A DNA stretch of 63,582 bases, filler included, from Collodictyon triciliatum (GCA_043381765.1; 5 parts of 5 records of this genome joined end to end with filler, not necessarily neighbours in it), one strand, 5' to 3'. Counted from the first letter of the whole stretch, positions 25,102-55,782 are shown. Made by a program: numbers and translations. The notes: generated by a model not told the origin, from the letters alone.

Positions 25102-25292
25102 ATGAGAATAATGAGAATAATGAGAATAATGAGAATAATGAGAATAATGAGAATAATGAGAATAATGAGAATAATGAGAATAATGAGAATAATGAGAATA
25201 GTGAGAATAATGAGAATAATGAGAATAGTGAGAATAGTGAGAATAATGAGAATAGTGAGAATAATAAGAATAATGAGAATAATGAGAATAAT
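25102..25292. repeat. 9-bp minisatellite (ATGAGAATA)n with GTGAGAATA variants
   Basis: About 21 tandem copies at the contig start. Confidence 0.95.
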
Positions 25293-26101
25293 GAGCTCAC
25301 AAGTCAAAAAAAAAATAACAGCACTACCACACGAAGATATGTAAAAATTATTTGCTGCTTTGATCACAAGCGCCAGCTGCAATTGAATTGGGGCATAATG
25401 AGAGTTTTGGGATTATTGTGAGTATATGAGAATCACTGAAAAATTTACACTTCTTGAATCTAAATGTTTAATAGATGAGTTTAGTTTATAAAATTAAGAT
25501 TTTTGAATTAATAATTTAAATTCCATTTTTAATTAATTAAGAAACAAATTACAATATATAATAATTATCAAATATTAATTTACATATTATACACTATAAC
25601 AGGTATTATCAAGATATAAATAAATCAATATATAAATTCCATAAATGAGTCTTAACGGAATACTGACGCCCGATCAACAACACTTCGTTACATCATCGAT
25701 TTGCGCCCGCAACAAATCACATCAAAACTGGCCTTGCAAACTCGGGGCTGCCCGAGAACGATCAACAAGTGGATGGGCCCGGTTGCTATGGTTGCGAGCC
25801 ATCGTCATCGATAAAACGTCTCAATGCCCAATAATACGAAAGAAAGACGCGCGTCGAGTCTAGTTCCACAGGCGTTTTCTTTTTTTTCTTTTTTTCTTTT
25901 TTTCTTTTTTTCTTTTTTTCTTTTTTTCTTTTTCTTTTTTTCCTTTTCATGTCCATTTTTTGTGACTTGTATGCCTCAAACTTTCGCCCTTGAGCGACTT
26001 TATTTATTTCCTCACACTGCCAAGGTTTCTTCTTTTTTTTTTTTTAGTTCTTGTAAATGATGTAGGAAAAGATAGCGAGATAAGCACTCTTCCGTGTGCC
26101 G

Positions 26102-29100
26102 ATGCAAGGACAGACTTCCAGCAATGTCTCGATGAATCTTCCGTCTTCGCGCTCAAAGAAAGGAACAACACGAGAGCCGCATTCGCTCGAAGGTTCGGCC
26201 GACCATTCGCTCCCAACCAAGGTGTTTTTTTTTTTTTTTGGTTTTGAAATCATTTCATGTCTAATTATAATCTTGAAAACTTTATCCATTCCTTTTGTCT
26301 CTATTTTTGGAATCGATGCAGAAGTTTCGCTCGATATTTGTGCCCCTGTTTTTCTCAAACTCTTGAAGCAAGAGAAAACTGCCTGGGAGCATTCTGTCTT
26401 CTTCTTTAGTTATTTTCCTTATTTCTCCTTTTCTCACACAACATATGCACAATTCGTTTCTATAAAGTCAACAAATTATTCAGTCACCCTGGAAACGATT
26501 GAAGAAAACTTATCTCCCCTAATTTACCTTTGAATGATTAAGATGAATAATAAAATAATTTTCACGCTGGAGAGCCAGCAATCAACACACATTGGCAATA
26601 TGTTTCACTAACTACTGCTATCCAGCCAACCGCTTTTCAAGACACAGAGGAAAGAACCAAGGAGAAAGAGCGAAAGAAGAAAGCTTATCTTGTTCGCAGG
26701 CCCAATCCAAACGGAGAAACCCTTGAGGCAGTAAATATATCCGATTCAACCACAGCATTCAACCAAAAATCTGCTATCGAAGGAAACAAGGAAAGTCCGC
26801 AGGCAGATGAGTATCAAGACACCATGGGGACTTCTTTGGATGCGTCTCATCGCAAGAAAAAGATAATGCTCATCAGAAAGGTAATAAGCCTCCTGCATAG
26901 ATCAATTATTGAATTACTGTTTTCATTTATATAGATCGACAAACATATTAGAGAGGAATATTTGCTCTAAGTTTATGATGAGATGAAAACTTGCTTGGAA
27001 AAATGCTCGAGTATTAAACTGATCGTTGAATTCAGGCTAAGCCTGGCGAAGATATGATGAACCCAAACATCCGTGTGATAGACCCGCATACTTTGAATAT
27101 GTCAAAGCTTCCCTTCAGAGACCCTAATGAAGATGATATTCTGAATGCACGTTAGTCCCCCGAACATATCTATGCAAGATAAAAAAAAATATTTTTTTTT
27201 GAAAAGAACTGCCCGGTTATTAGAATGTTGAATTTATGTTACGGAGGATTATAAAATACTCCAACAAATATATATATATATATTCTACTTACTCGTTTCA
27301 TTAGCTGTATCCCTGGGCGTGACTGATCAAACAAGTGAATTATCGATTTTGGGTAATCCGGCTGACTTTGAAAAAATTCTGCTTCAGCGGTCTGGTTTAC
27401 AAAAGACACAATCATTAACAGAAACGAGCCAGGCTGTCAGGACGAAACCAGAGAGAAAGGCTAACATGGATGAGGTTGCCTCTAGATGAAAAAATAACAA
27501 CTTTATCTGATATTTGTGCGTCGTTTTTCTTTCTCCCATGTTTTCTTTCTCTTTATTTTGTGGAGGCATTTATATTCCCTTTATATTTCTGTATTACTCC
27601 CTGGCACATATTTTAAAATTATCCATATTTATGTAGAATGGATTTGCGATTACCAAAAGTCTCGCTTCGGTCGGCCGAATTACCCCATCTCAACAAGATG
27701 ACTTGACAAGGTAAGTGTCATTCGGTTAATATTATCATAAGCTAAAACGTCAGTATTTAACATCGTGGTAAAAAAAAAATACATGCCAAATCATCCATTT
27801 TACAAAAAAAATTGTATATTAAAATAAATAAAAGGTCATTGACGTCTCTCCGTGCTGCTCGGTTAGAAGAAACATTGAAAGAGAAAGAATCCCTGAGGAA
27901 AATGAAGATATTCGAGCGCATTGAGTAAAAGAGACAAAATGAAAAACATATGCACATAATCTATCAAGGAAAAAAAATACTGTTTCGATTTACTTAAACT
28001 CATGCGATGCATTAATTCATTAAAGCAAGATGAAGGAGGAAAATTCTCTCGAAAGGTTCAAAAAGGCAGAAACGGTAAGTATTTAAATGTACATCTCTTT
28101 CATCCTGCTATAATGCTTGTCAATAAGTTATAGACTATCAATCCCCGACAAAGTCCAGATATATCAGTCATTTGATTTAGAGCGAATTAAATACTTCGAA
28201 ATTGAGAGAAGGGAGAAAAAAAAACTAAGCACAGTTCTAAAATAGGAATGGAATCGGATAAAAACTAGGCTTATGAGAGTTACTGGAAAGGTTGGGATGC
28301 CATTAGTTTATTCTATAAACTCAGTTATATTTAAATCATTCTTGAAAAATCAAGGCTTTGTCAAACATAGACCGAAGACCAGTTAGTTTTATCATCTACT
28401 GCTGAATTCCGCGCCAAGAAGGAAGAAGCAGAGCTTATTGAGCGATCGCTTCCTTTGTACTACGACCGAGGTAGGTCCATAGAGCTCTATCCGAGTGTGC
28501 CCCTCTTTCAATCTTGTCGTTTGCAAACAATTTAATCGAACAGTCTTCACAGTTTTCCTATTCGCCACACCTCAAATTTAGCATGCTGACTAATAAAAAT
28601 CTTTATCACGCATAGGAATAGACAGTGCGCTGCACCCGTCCGAATTCAAACCGTATGCATTGAACAACGAACTCTTTTCTCGCCACCTAATATATCGCTG
28701 ACATGTTTTGAATGCAGAATTGAGCGGATAGGAAACCCAAAAGCTGAGAAAAACAGCTCGCTGAAATCATGGGAAAATTCAGAATACCTCAAGTAATATT
28801 CATGAAAGGGAAAAAAAAAGGCTTTTTTTTTTTTTGGAAAAACACTGGATGAACGTTGCTCATATGCTTGTCCTAATTGAATATAAATTTCAATATCAAT
28901 TACTACAATTATAGAATGAGAAAGAAGCAATTAGAAAAATACATGAGAAACTTTGCAGCCCCTGAACAAGTTTGTTTCTATATGAAGCAGTTTATATGTA
29001 AAGGGCAATATTCAAGGTCAAATATATTCAAATTATGTTATTTTATCGACCATCGGATTTCCATGCTCACACGTAACATATCCACGGTCGTAGGATGTTC

Positions 29101-32100
29101 GTGGCTTGATTGTGGAAGGAGAAAGCTTGATTCCAGTGAAGGCTTTAGAGGAACTCAGTAAGTCTCAAAATGCAGGCGAGACCTTTGAGCTTTCTCATGA
29201 CTTGGTATGTATCTGTCGTTCATTCTATCGTCTGGACCTAGCTAGTCCTTGATTTTCGATGTCATTATTTGCGGTTTATGCTCATATGATTCATTTTTGT
29301 ATATATATGCATTTAAAACGAAAGGAAGAAAAAAGGATGAGGCAATCATATTTAATCCACTTTGAATTTAATTCGACGAATAAAGCTATTAATTACGAGC
29401 AATTTTACCAAAGCAAGCAAGCTGATAATCGTCCATTGACACATGAATAGGGAAACATATCTGAGATTGTGACGGCAGAGACAAACGTTGAAGAAGAAAA
29501 CATGTGAGCAAAAATATAATTCCAGTCAATTGTGATCCATTAATGTGCCGATGAGATAATTTTACGATAATTTTTGAGTTAATAATTTAAATTATTAAAT
29601 TATGGTTGGGTTTATCCTGCAGAAAGAAAGAGGAATTGAAGCCCATTCAACTACCTTCAAATCGACTCTGTGGTATCTCGATGTTACAAAATTACCCCAT
29701 AATCCCCGTATCTCAACCAAAAGTGACACCTTTAAGTTAAATACATCACAGTTCTGCTAAATCTACCATTATGCCAAATTTTAGTCGAGTCTATAATGGG
29801 TACATTAGAATCGGCGTCATTTTCCATCACCAATAATCGTAATTATGTGGTTTACTATGCGTGGGAGAAGATGACTAATAAAAGCGTTTGGAAGGTTTCC
29901 TACCAAATCATATCCTAATAAGTGAATCACCCAGATAACTCGACCTTTTTTTGAAATTTTTTTCCCATACTTCAATTCATCACCCAGAAACCCGTTGATA
30001 ATAAGCAACGTTTTTTCTTCGCTGATACTGTGGGGTGTATTTTGCCGGGTGAAAAGCATGAATTCACATTCAGTTTTCGGTCTGAGCGACCGGGTGTAAG
30101 TGCTTTTACATGTACACATAGTTTCCCCTCCATCTCGCGTGTTAAGTTAGAAGAGATATACCTCTTATTGTTTTATCTCATTCCCTATTATCACACAAAT
30201 TATAATACTGTATTCTGGTCTAAAAAAAAACATATTCTGATAACTAATCATGGTACTTTTTTCCCTCTATACTTGTTTCTAGATATTTTTTGAATACTGG
30301 AGATTCCACACAACACCAAAAATCGAGGCCACAGGAACAACTCTTATTGTCAAGTAAGTTATTCAGTTTTCTTATCGGTATGAATTTCTATTATCATTAT
30401 TATGCACAAGTTTCATGCTGATTTATGATGGTGAATTAAGAAAAAAATATAAATTTATTTAGCCCATATTTTTGCAAAGCCATTTGTTTGTGAATGTGTC
30501 TTTCACATTTTGTTAAGACCAGCTAAAATTGATATTGTATTCCACGATTCGAAAAGGGGTGTCTCATTGGATCCAGAAGACCGTGAGCCAATTCGAAAAG
30601 CTCTGGACGCTGAAATATCTTCTCGAGTGTAATCTTGCCATCCTTTCTTGTATTTTGCGCAGAGAATATCAATTGTCCCCTTCCCTCTATCACGTGATTC
30701 GTGAAGAAGTATGACATGTTAATTTATTGGTTGGCTTTGTTCATGTTTCTAGTAACAAACGCGATTTATTTATTAATTTATTTTTGTCCTCCAAATAATA
30801 TTAATAATTAGCGTCCTGAGGAGCATGAATGTAATCGTATATGACATTTTGGATTTGGTTAAGATTCCCGAAGTGTCTCACCAATTTGAGGGTTAGTCTC
30901 TCAATTTGATAATTTACTATTTTAATTTCAAATAAATTAAAAAAACAATTAAGTTTGAAAGTTTTTAAAAATCAATTCAATTAAAGTCTTACATTATCTT
31001 GGTTCTTCCGAGACAGAAAATATATACATCAATTGAATTATCTAACATGCAGTGACCGTGGATGATTTACCTGAGAGATTTACCCACTTGAATGAGTCCT
31101 TTAATGTAAGGCCCCAATTTATTAACCTTACTTTTAAAATAATGAGACTATTTAAACTAAATGGATTATTTGATGCTTCTTCAACTCTCTGTCTCTCTAT
31201 TTATAGATTGAGTATACCCCCGAGATTCATCGTACTTACGAGCGCCTTGCGAATCGAGTCTCACATTACAACAATGTTTGTTCTATTTATTATATTTTTA
31301 TATAAAAAAATTTATGAACTTGTTAATGAGCCGAGGATATAGTAATGAAAATAAATCCGTTTTACAGCCACTAAGCTCGGAGGAGTGGAACAACTCTGTG
31401 GCCACCATTATCGACGTTAGTTCCCTGTTCATTTTCATTCATAATTGATTCTAATGCATACTCTATAATCATCTTTATCTCTGGTATGGAAGAGTCATTG
31501 GTTTGTTACTTCATACGGTTTCATAGTCGATTGATGCTGTTGGAGATAGCTCTACCAAACTCAAATATGTGCAAGAAATGGAGGATATTTTGCGACAGAG
31601 ACCGCAGCAGGAGCATCAAGAGTCACCACGTCCATCCCATTATACATCGATGTGAGCGTTCATTCATGTCTTTTTGTCTTTTTGTCTTTTTGTCTTTTTG
31701 TCTTTTTGTCTTTTTGTCTTTTTGTCTTCAAAAAATAATTATGTACCACCATTATTCGTTTGGTAACCTTAGGTATGCATTACTCGCTTCCTTACTCGAC
31801 GATATTCACGAATCAGCCTCAAACATTCGCAAAAAGCATAATTTGCCTCCAAAACCATTCTCTTTTTCTGTGGAGGTAAGACATACATATTTGATAATTA
31901 TATTAATCATATTTCTCACAACATGAATTTTGTTACGAAAGATATTGTGTAGACGAAAAGGAAAAAAAAAAACATCCCAAATAGCCGATAATCATTCAAT
32001 TACAAGCATTAAGCATATATCACTGACAGGATGATGAAGAGGACGAAACAGCACGTAATGCAAACAAAACTAATGAGCTAGCAACAGAGGACGAAGACCC

Positions 32101-33440
32101 TACCAAGAAAAAGACAAAGTCAGGAAAAGCAGCTCCTGTAAAGAAGGAAACACCTGCAAAAATGCCTGCTCTTCCAATCGGCAAGGAAAAGGAAAAAGAA
32201 AAAGAAAAAGGAAAAACTAAAGACGGAGATAAGAGAGAAAGCAGAAGCCCAGGTTAGCCGAATAATATGTTGCCTTTCATGTATTCTTTTCTATCTCGAT
32301 GCATTTTCCGTTTTTGTGTGTCTTTTATATATATATATATATATATATTTTATTGCTGATTATTCAATTGAAGGGCTCTTCTTCATTCATCATATTTAAT
32401 TCACAAATAATTAAGAGTAAAAATAAATGTACTATAGATTCCGGCTCAGCTAGGAAGCCCACGGTAAGATGTTTTAAGTTAATCTGGTCAGATGCAAACC
32501 CTCCACTGTTATCATTTAGCTCCGAAATCATTCACATAAACAATCAAAAAGGAACATTTTTCTTCTTGGATACATATTTCAATAATAAAATAGAGTTTTA
32601 TTTGTTAAGCTGGTGTAATATGCTCTTGTTTCTCTACTTTGATTATTTTGTTTATTTGTTTATTTGTTTATTTGTTTATTTGTTTATTTGTTTATTTGTT
32701 TATTTGTTTATTTGTTTATTTGTTTATTTGTTTATTTGTTTATTTGTTTATTTGTTTATTTGTTTATATAATCCTAGAGTAAAGTGGCAAAGTCCTCGAC
32801 AGCGGAAGAGCTGCCCGATGAGCAAAGCATGGCTGAGCAGCTATACCTTCACGAACTTCAAACGAAGGTATACATATTGGATTTGCGATATCTATGAGAG
32901 ACCAAAAGGATATTGCAACGGTTTGGCCAATGAATAAGATGCGTTATAAAATATACATTAATATGCAGGTGCGACAACTCATCGTCCGAGTTCTGGATAA
33001 GGCCGATGACGCTCTATTGCCACAAAGTGATATTGAAGCGCAACAGGAAATCCCTGAAGATGTGCTTTTGTTTGAAAAGGTTGTTACACAAGAACCATAT
33101 AAATATGTATCATATTCATCAGACATTTGAATGGAATAATTATTCAAAGGGAGGCGATGCATTCACAAAAGTATCTCTGAATAAAAGGATATAATTTCAA
33201 AACTGCGATTGTATTCTATAGGGAGAGCTCCCTAGGGAGGCTGCTGTGTTCATCGACCCAGCTGGTGCAGAAAAAGACCAGGTTCGAATTGTTTTTTTTT
33301 TTTTTTGACTCTTTTATTTACACTGTCAAAACTGATTTCATATGGAGCGAATGTGCAAGCGTATTCACATGATAACCCGCCTGGGATTGAAATATCTGCA
33401 GAAAAACGCTCACAAGCGCGGGAATCGCCGGAAGAAGTAA
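26102..33440 (+). CDS. MYCBPAP: MYCBP-associated protein-like (ciliary), multi-exon; start and end approximate
   Basis: Spliced motifs ELSILGNPADFEK, EWNRIKTRLMRVTGK, TEDQLVLSSTAEFRAKKEEAELIERSLP, IERIGNPK...SWENSEYLKMRKKQLEKYM, DVRGLIVEGE and GCILPGEKHEFTFSFRSERPG-IFFEYWRFHTTP match the MYCBPAP family. The last exons 33222-33281 and 33402-33440 are tentative. Confidence 0.75.
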
Positions 33441-33821
33441 TCAAAGACTGCGCTGAGTGCAACCCTTTCAAGTGGGCGACGACTGCGTTCCACAAAGTTC
33501 TCACTTCCCTGTCACTTTCACTATAAACTCTCACCAAATCTCTGCCTGCCATAAAAAAAACTAAGAGAATAACATATTATCATCCTTTTGCATCAATCCT
33601 CTCTGAAGCTTTGGTTGTTTGCTTTTAAGTATTTTTTTTTTATTATTATTATTCATCCTATATCTCTGTAGTATTGTCTCTTTTTTTTTTAAAAAAAATA
33701 ATAATTCTTTTGATGTTTGACTCTTTTTTAACAGCAATGGACATGTTTGCTTGGAACAGACAGTCACACTCGCATTAAGCGTTGCATGTATTAAGATGGA
33801 TGGTGGGCTGGCACTAGTTGA

Positions 33822-48927
<15,106 letters not shown>

Positions 48928-49054
48928 TCGTGTTGCTTTCGGTCTTGAGTGGCGTGTGAAGAAGGCAGCTGTGCTTCGCTCTTGCTTGTGCGTGATAGGC
49001 GTCTGGGGAGCCGTTTACTCGACTGGTTCTGATGGGTGGTGAGGCCGGCTTCTT

Positions 49055-49158
49055 CAAACAAACAAACAAACAAACAAACAAACAAACAAACAAACAAACA
49101 AACAAACAAACAAACAAACAAACAAACAAACAAACAAACAAACAAACAAACAAACAAA
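49055..49158. repeat. (AAAC)n microsatellite upstream of the receptor gene (GTTT on its sense strand)
   Basis: Perfect run about 130 nt before ATG 48927. Confidence 0.95.
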
Positions 49159-49760
49159 ACTTGCACGCAGATATAGAAAACTCTACGCACGGGTCGACAG
49201 GTGAGAATGGGCTGCTTTTGCAATGTGCTGTGGTGTTCTTTGAATCGAACTCCTGTCTCACACGCACGTTCGGCCGACGGGAAAATGACTTTTTAGTTCG
49301 CCCTGCTCGTCAAGCCGAAGCCATTAAATATGCGCTTCCTCACCCTTTATAGACCGACTGCAACGAATACTCTTCAGCGCATTTGATTACAAAATCACTT
49401 GCAAAAAAATTGGTGGGGTGGCTGCGTGAATTCATTGAAATAGTGCATATATGGAAAAATAGAGGAAACATTCATTCGCACTGGACTAAACTGGCAGTTT
49501 GGTTTTATTGCGGAAATAACGGTCGCTATTTTCGGCTTAGTAGAATAATAATTCGATGAAAATATACAAATATGGATTATTCTTTGTAACGGCTTTGTAC
49601 TACGTCACCGTGGTGTATTTTTTTATTCCCAAAGAGACAAAGCGCCTGTTGCCTATGAGACCCTCTCTTTCATTGAATTCGCCCGCATTAGAAAGTACGG
49701 AAAATCTTCCGGTATATTGTATGGCATAATATATATGGTATATATTCTACGGATGATAAT

Positions 49761-50052
49761 ATGCGGTGGGTTTTGTTGCTCCTTGCAAAGCTGTTGTTGG
49801 GAAAACGAGGAAGACCGAAGAGACAAAGCAAAGCCGCTTATGACATCGAGGCGACTCATCTTGTGCTTGATCAGTGGAAAGTATGCAAAAAAGAAAGACA
49901 GGAAAAGCAAAAGAAGGAGAGAGAAAAAAAGCGGCCAAGTATGTTACTGTGGGAATAGGCTCTGTGATCAATAAAACACCCCGTCTTTGTACTCTTGGCA
50001 GGTTTTCCCGGTTGTGCCGATGAGCAAACAGTTTACCGACTCTGTTTTCAAG
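49761..50052 (+). CDS. Possible 5' fragment of an unknown gene cut by the contig end
   Basis: Exon 49761-49880 (MRWVLLLLAKLLLGKRGRP...VLDQWK|gtatgc) and exon 50002-50052 (cag|VFPVVPMSKQFTDSVFK|gtgaga) join in phase 0. No homology recognised. Confidence 0.35.
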
Positions 50053-50077
50053 GTGAGATCAAGAGAACCGCTAAAAT

Positions 50078-50177
50078 NNNNNNNNNNNNNNNNNNNNNNN
50101 NNNNNNNNNNNNNNNNNNNNNTTAATTAATTAANNNNNNNNNNNNNNNNNNNNNNNNNNNNNNNNNNNNNNNNNNNN
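50078..50177. other. Artificial contig spacer
   Basis: 44 N + TTAATTAATTAA + 44 N. Confidence 0.97.
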
Positions 50178-50215
50178 AAAAAAAAGCTTCTATATATTGC
50201 TATTATTAAATTGAT

Positions 50216-50415
50216 GCAAAAACAAAGACAAAAACAAAAACAAGAACAAAAACAAAGACAAAAACAAAGACAAAAACAAAAACAAAAACAAAGACAAAGA
50301 CAAAAACAAAGACAAAAACAAAGACAAAAACAAAGACAAAAACAAAGACAAAAACAAAGACAAAAACAAAAACAAAAACAAAAACAAAAACAAAAAACAA
50401 AACAAAACAAAAAAA
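50216..50415. repeat. (CAAAAA/CAAAGA)n hexanucleotide repeat upstream of rotatin
   Basis: Direct reading. Confidence 0.9.
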
Positions 50416-50513
50416 GAAAAGATATGTAAGCATCCCAAGCGAGACGAGAAAATAACAAAATGCAGCCTTGTATATCCCTTTCTTGTCGTAATTGTTCTAG
50501 GAAAAAACCTTTG

Positions 50514-53500
50514 ATGTCTGCGATCAGCCAGATCGTCGAAAAGCTCCGTAAGCACGCTTTTTTTTGTTTCAACTTTTCTCTTTCCATTTTCTCCTTTATG
50601 ACATCAGAAAGACAACGAATAGAGTAATGCAAACAAAAACAACGAGAAAGGATAGAGAAAAGAAAAAGAAAAAGAAAATAGTACATATATAAGAATCTGG
50701 TGCTTATGCTCACACGCTTTGCCTGCATTCTATCACCAGGGTCGCCAGCAACGGAGGTACAGATTCGTGCTTTCAAGTCTCTGCAGATGAAGGTCAAGTG
50801 CAAAATAATATCTTTGAAGGAAGTTGAAATTAATCTTCCTTTGCATGTTGCTCTGCTGGAATGGTTGAATTCGCCAGAGTGTATGAAACGCGAAGTGCTG
50901 GAACTTCTTATCGATCTATCACAGGTTTTCATTCTATAAATAATACTCAGGCAGTATCCAAAACAAAAAAAAGTGATATCTCGTGATGTTTTGTGATTTC
51001 TCGTGATTTCTCGTAACTCAATTTTTAGTTTTCTTTCTTTCATCCATTTTTTCTTTGGAGGATTAACCTTTTAAAAAAAAAGTCACAGGATAGCCTCAAA
51101 ATTCTCTTGAAAATTGGAGGTGTATCTTTCTTCACAGCATTTCAAGGCGACCGCGACAATGAGCCTCTGTATTACCTAGTCGAGCAGCTGCTACGGTTAC
51201 TCTTGTCCATTCCTTACAACCCAGACACATTAGAGCAACCATTCTATTCCTTCGAATCGTTTGATGCAACTTCTTCAATTCGCATTCGCAAAGAATTGGT
51301 TCCTGAGCCCAACATACATCTTTATGAAGCCACGCACCCCTATGAAAATACTTTTCATTCATCCACAAGAGCAACTCTTGTATCAACCACGACCTCAACA
51401 GGACCGGTTGGGTGGTTTTTCCCTCTTCCTCTCCTATCCCCTGAGGACCAACGAATCCTTTTACAGACATGCGCGTGGCTCAAGTCTTCAGATATCGGTG
51501 AAATTCAGCTGGGGATATATAATCTTCTCCAAATTCTCCTGGACTTCCCATTTGAGTCTCTCCTGTCTCCCCGTTGTAGTTTGGTTGAGGTGTGTAAATA
51601 ACAACAAACTGTATCAATATAGTTCCTTCAGTTTTAAGAAAATAATTGAAAAATTTGAGCTTACACTTTCTTTGTGACGATTTATCTTGACAAACCCAGT
51701 TATGAAAGTTGGTGCATGTTCATCATGGAATGTTGATTCATTACTTTTTCATCTGTAATAGTATCCTATTTGAAGCTTATTCTTTTGTGTAGGCTATGTC
51801 ACACTTACTCTCCAACTTGTCAGAATTACCATCATCAATCGTCAACTCTGTCGGCACTGTTGTCGCATCCATCGTTCAGTCTTTTCAAACAACCATTGAG
51901 CTTTATTCAGATCCTAAATTCTTTCAGCCAAATCCTGGAGATGATCTATGGATGTATCCTACCTACTTGAAACCAGAACTGTCAGACAGGCCACTTGGAG
52001 AGGGATATAGTTCCATTTCATCAACTACGTTATGCATTCGCTGGTCTCTTTGTTTGCTGTCTAATCCGCCATCCAAGATTACAAACCATTTGTATAATGC
52101 ATCTAAAAGGATGCTCGAGTTCATTCCGCCAAACATAACATGGTACCTTTTTATTCAATTTATTTACACCATCACTGCAAACTTTTCAGGACATAAGAGG
52201 AAATATGTTTATGTGAAATTGATGGATTTTTGAGAAAAACAATAATCAAATATAAATTGTAGGACACATGATTTTGAAAAACTATTCAAAGAATTCACTC
52301 GCCATTCGAGCCACATGGGAGCAGAACAAAAGTATACGCTTGACAATTATGGCTTTATACATCTTGGAGTTCAACTCTGCGCCAAAGTATTGGAAATGGT
52401 ACGTTGAATAATTAATTATAATTTACAACATATTGCATCTGAATTTTTCAATAATCCTTAAATTTTTGATGTAGAGTCCACCCCGAGAGATGATAGATTA
52501 CGTGACCAAATTTATAGAGCCCATTTATATATCATTTGAGTTTGAGAGTTTTTCACCAGCTGATCACAAAGCCGCGGGAGATATAATGAAAGAAAAGTGT
52601 CCAACTCTATACAATGTAAATGAAGTATTTTTCTTGATATAAACGGTGCTCTGTGGGTGAAAAATCGCTGCTGATTTGTTTCTGTCTTATAGGAGTTCAA
52701 GATGGTGAAATCTTGCATCCAATCGTTTGCTTCGTATCAAAAAATTATCCCTGTGATCCCCAATCTTGATGATGTATATATTTTTCTAACAATTGTAAAA
52801 TAAAAAAAACGCATGAAATTTGGCGTATTCTATATCATTTTTTTACCTCTGCAGAGTTTTAAATATCCTTTTTATAATAAAATAATGCCCTAAAAATAGG
52901 AAGAGCTGCTCAATCTTGTATGGAAATCAGTTGATACACTCCTTTTTGAGGCTCAACCTTTTCAGCCTTTGATTGACACTTTCTTTGCCATCATGTCTTC
53001 AGCTGCATCCTCAGGAAAGAATATTGATACGGCCTGTGAAGTGCTCTGTGCACTTTTATGCAATTCATCATCTTTTATTCGTGAACATACTATCGTCTCT
53101 TTGAGAAAAGCTTCAATAACAAAATTACACAAACTAACAAAGGCAGCATGTTTTGACTGTCGTGTTTTATCGGCAATCTTTGGAACGAGCATTCACACTG
53201 TAATTTTAGTAGTATTTTTGCTGTTGTTGGAAAAAAACTGAAATTATACTAAGCATTAATTTTATATTGCAGGAACGGAATTTGATCATGGATTTACTCA
53301 TCACTATCAGCGAGCATGACCCATCATTCAGTGTCTTTCTAGGAAAATATGTTTTTACACTTCAGCCTTACATTCTGGACTCAGTAATTGGACCAAAAGT
53401 TTTTTCATTGACAGATAATTTATTTACGAAGCAGTCAGCGGACTACCTGATCCTATGCTTGCGGTATCTATTTCACAAGGAACAAAGGTGACTTTCTGAG

Positions 53501-55750
53501 ACTATGCATTTACATTTCCATATAATGAAAGTCTCAAAGCGTATCTTTTATTGAAAGGGTTTGTTTTATTAGTTACAAATCCATATTGAAATATATTTCA
53601 CATAGAATAGTACTAATTTAATCGATAGAGTCCGTTTATATGGAATAAAGTTGTTGAATCAATATAATGGAAGCGGCAAGTCAAGGTTTTATTGTTAAAC
53701 GTTTTTTTTTCCGATTATTTCGATAGCCTTTTTCCTCTATTTAATCAGCTCATTTCATGATTCTCTCAAAATTCGTACGATGTAAGCTAGATTGCTGCCT
53801 TGTTTGTTGAAAACCAATATTGTTCGTGCACTCACAAAGGATACACCTCCATCTATGGTCATCTTAACCCACCCACCAACCAAACTGAAACAGGTTTATT
53901 AAATACTATTATTTTGCTCAATCTATTATTTGCAGTAAATATATTCAACATTTTTTGCTGACAATCAAGAAGCTACTGCGTGTATTATAATGTTATATCA
54001 ATTCAAATACATGCGAATATAGCAATGGGACTTTATTCGGACCAAGGATTTACTAATTGCATCGGGTATCGATAACTCAATGAAGCTTCCACTTTTGAAC
54101 AATCTTTTATTTTTGCTCAGAGGTTTGTATCTCGCTACTACCGCGTCACCAAGCATCGTGAAGCGAATCTTATTTTTATTTTTATTAAAAAAAAAAACCT
54201 TAATAAACTGTTTGCTAAAATATATACAGGAAAAAGTACCACTCCGACTGAATTTTTCGATGAGGCCTTACTAAGCGCTATTATCCAGGGATTCATATCT
54301 GAAAATCAGTCTGGTGATGGGCAAAATGAAAAGTTTGTATTTGCATCACTAGAGGTCTTGCTTTGGTGGTCTCTTGTTTTTCCGAAGCATATTCCTATGA
54401 TATTTGAAGAAAAACACTTTATGGAATTCTGCACAGGTATTTATCTTCTAGGTTATCTTTTTTTTTTCATGCTGAAGTATTCATTTTCTATTTATATAGT
54501 GTTGAGGATGAGTTTTTGTTTCCATTTTTTTTATTCTTTATTTTTGAAAAATCATACTTTGTCGACATCAGGGACTTTTCACTGTGAACCACATATCAGA
54601 AGCATTTCATTACAGCTTCTTTCGAGGATGTTATTCGATTTCGCAAAAGTTTTTGTCCTGAAGTCATCATCCAATTGTGGTGATTCATTTTCGGAATCAG
54701 ATACATATGAAGGAAGACTTTACAAGATGAAAGTTACGCAACAAGTGGTGGAGCATTTTCACATTCCCACGCCATTTTTGATTATCGGATACGAGGGTAA
54801 AGTTTATCAGATATGTATATGTATCACTTCATTTTAAACCAAATGAAAGTAAAAACATGTCACTCACCATCCGAGCATGACCTGATATTGTTTAATATTC
54901 CCTTTCTCTCCCAGAAATCGCTCACACTGATAGGTTGGCGACTACTTTGTCCCAAAAATCACAACTCTACATCCATTACGTAATTGACAACATTATCGGA
55001 GACCACATAGGTATGAAAAAAAATTCCTATTCTACTATTCATGTTCAGTATTTGATGTACATATGGGACTCTTTGTAGCTGACGGAAACCCCTTTTTTGT
55101 GTCTATTGCGGCGGATTATAAAAAAGGTGGTTCACTGTTCGAGGATTTTTCTACTCAAATAAGTTTTCTTTACAAGGAATATGAATAATTAATATACAAT
55201 AGTTGCGATTGTTCTTTTTACCGAAATGATTTATTTCTTAATTTGTGCCTGTTTCTTAGATTTGGAATCCCCCAACAATGTGCCAGGGGAGTTGTATGAG
55301 AAGTTGGGATATGAGATGCTCCACTCACCATCATTGGGAAAGGTTCTAAATACCAGTGGATTTATGCATATATTAAAGAGGTACGGTGAAATTAAAAAAA
55401 TAAAAATGTATAAAAAAAATTACTAGAGTAATGTTGGCCTTTGAACTATAGAAAGCTAGAGACTCCAGCGCAGACTTTTCCTTTTCATAACTTTTTTGTC
55501 CCATTTATGCGGTTTGTTGGAGCTTGGGTAAAAAGTGAAAAGAACCATCCTGTTGACACCTATTTATTATCGTCTGTGATTACCCAAATATTAAGCACCG
55601 TGCTTAACACAACCTTCAAGACACACAGGTACTCATTATTTCGATATCATTTAGAAAAATAACTTATCTAGAATCATCTTTATTTTTCTTTTATTTATTC
55701 ATTTAAATATTGCTACAGAAAACATCGCCAAATTTTCTAATATTTAAATG

Positions 55751-55782
<32 letters not shown>

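Noticed and set aside
25102-25292. (ATGAGAATA)n as a telomere or CRISPR array
   Set aside because: It has no spacers and is not G-rich telomere-like; contigs here routinely break at simple repeats.
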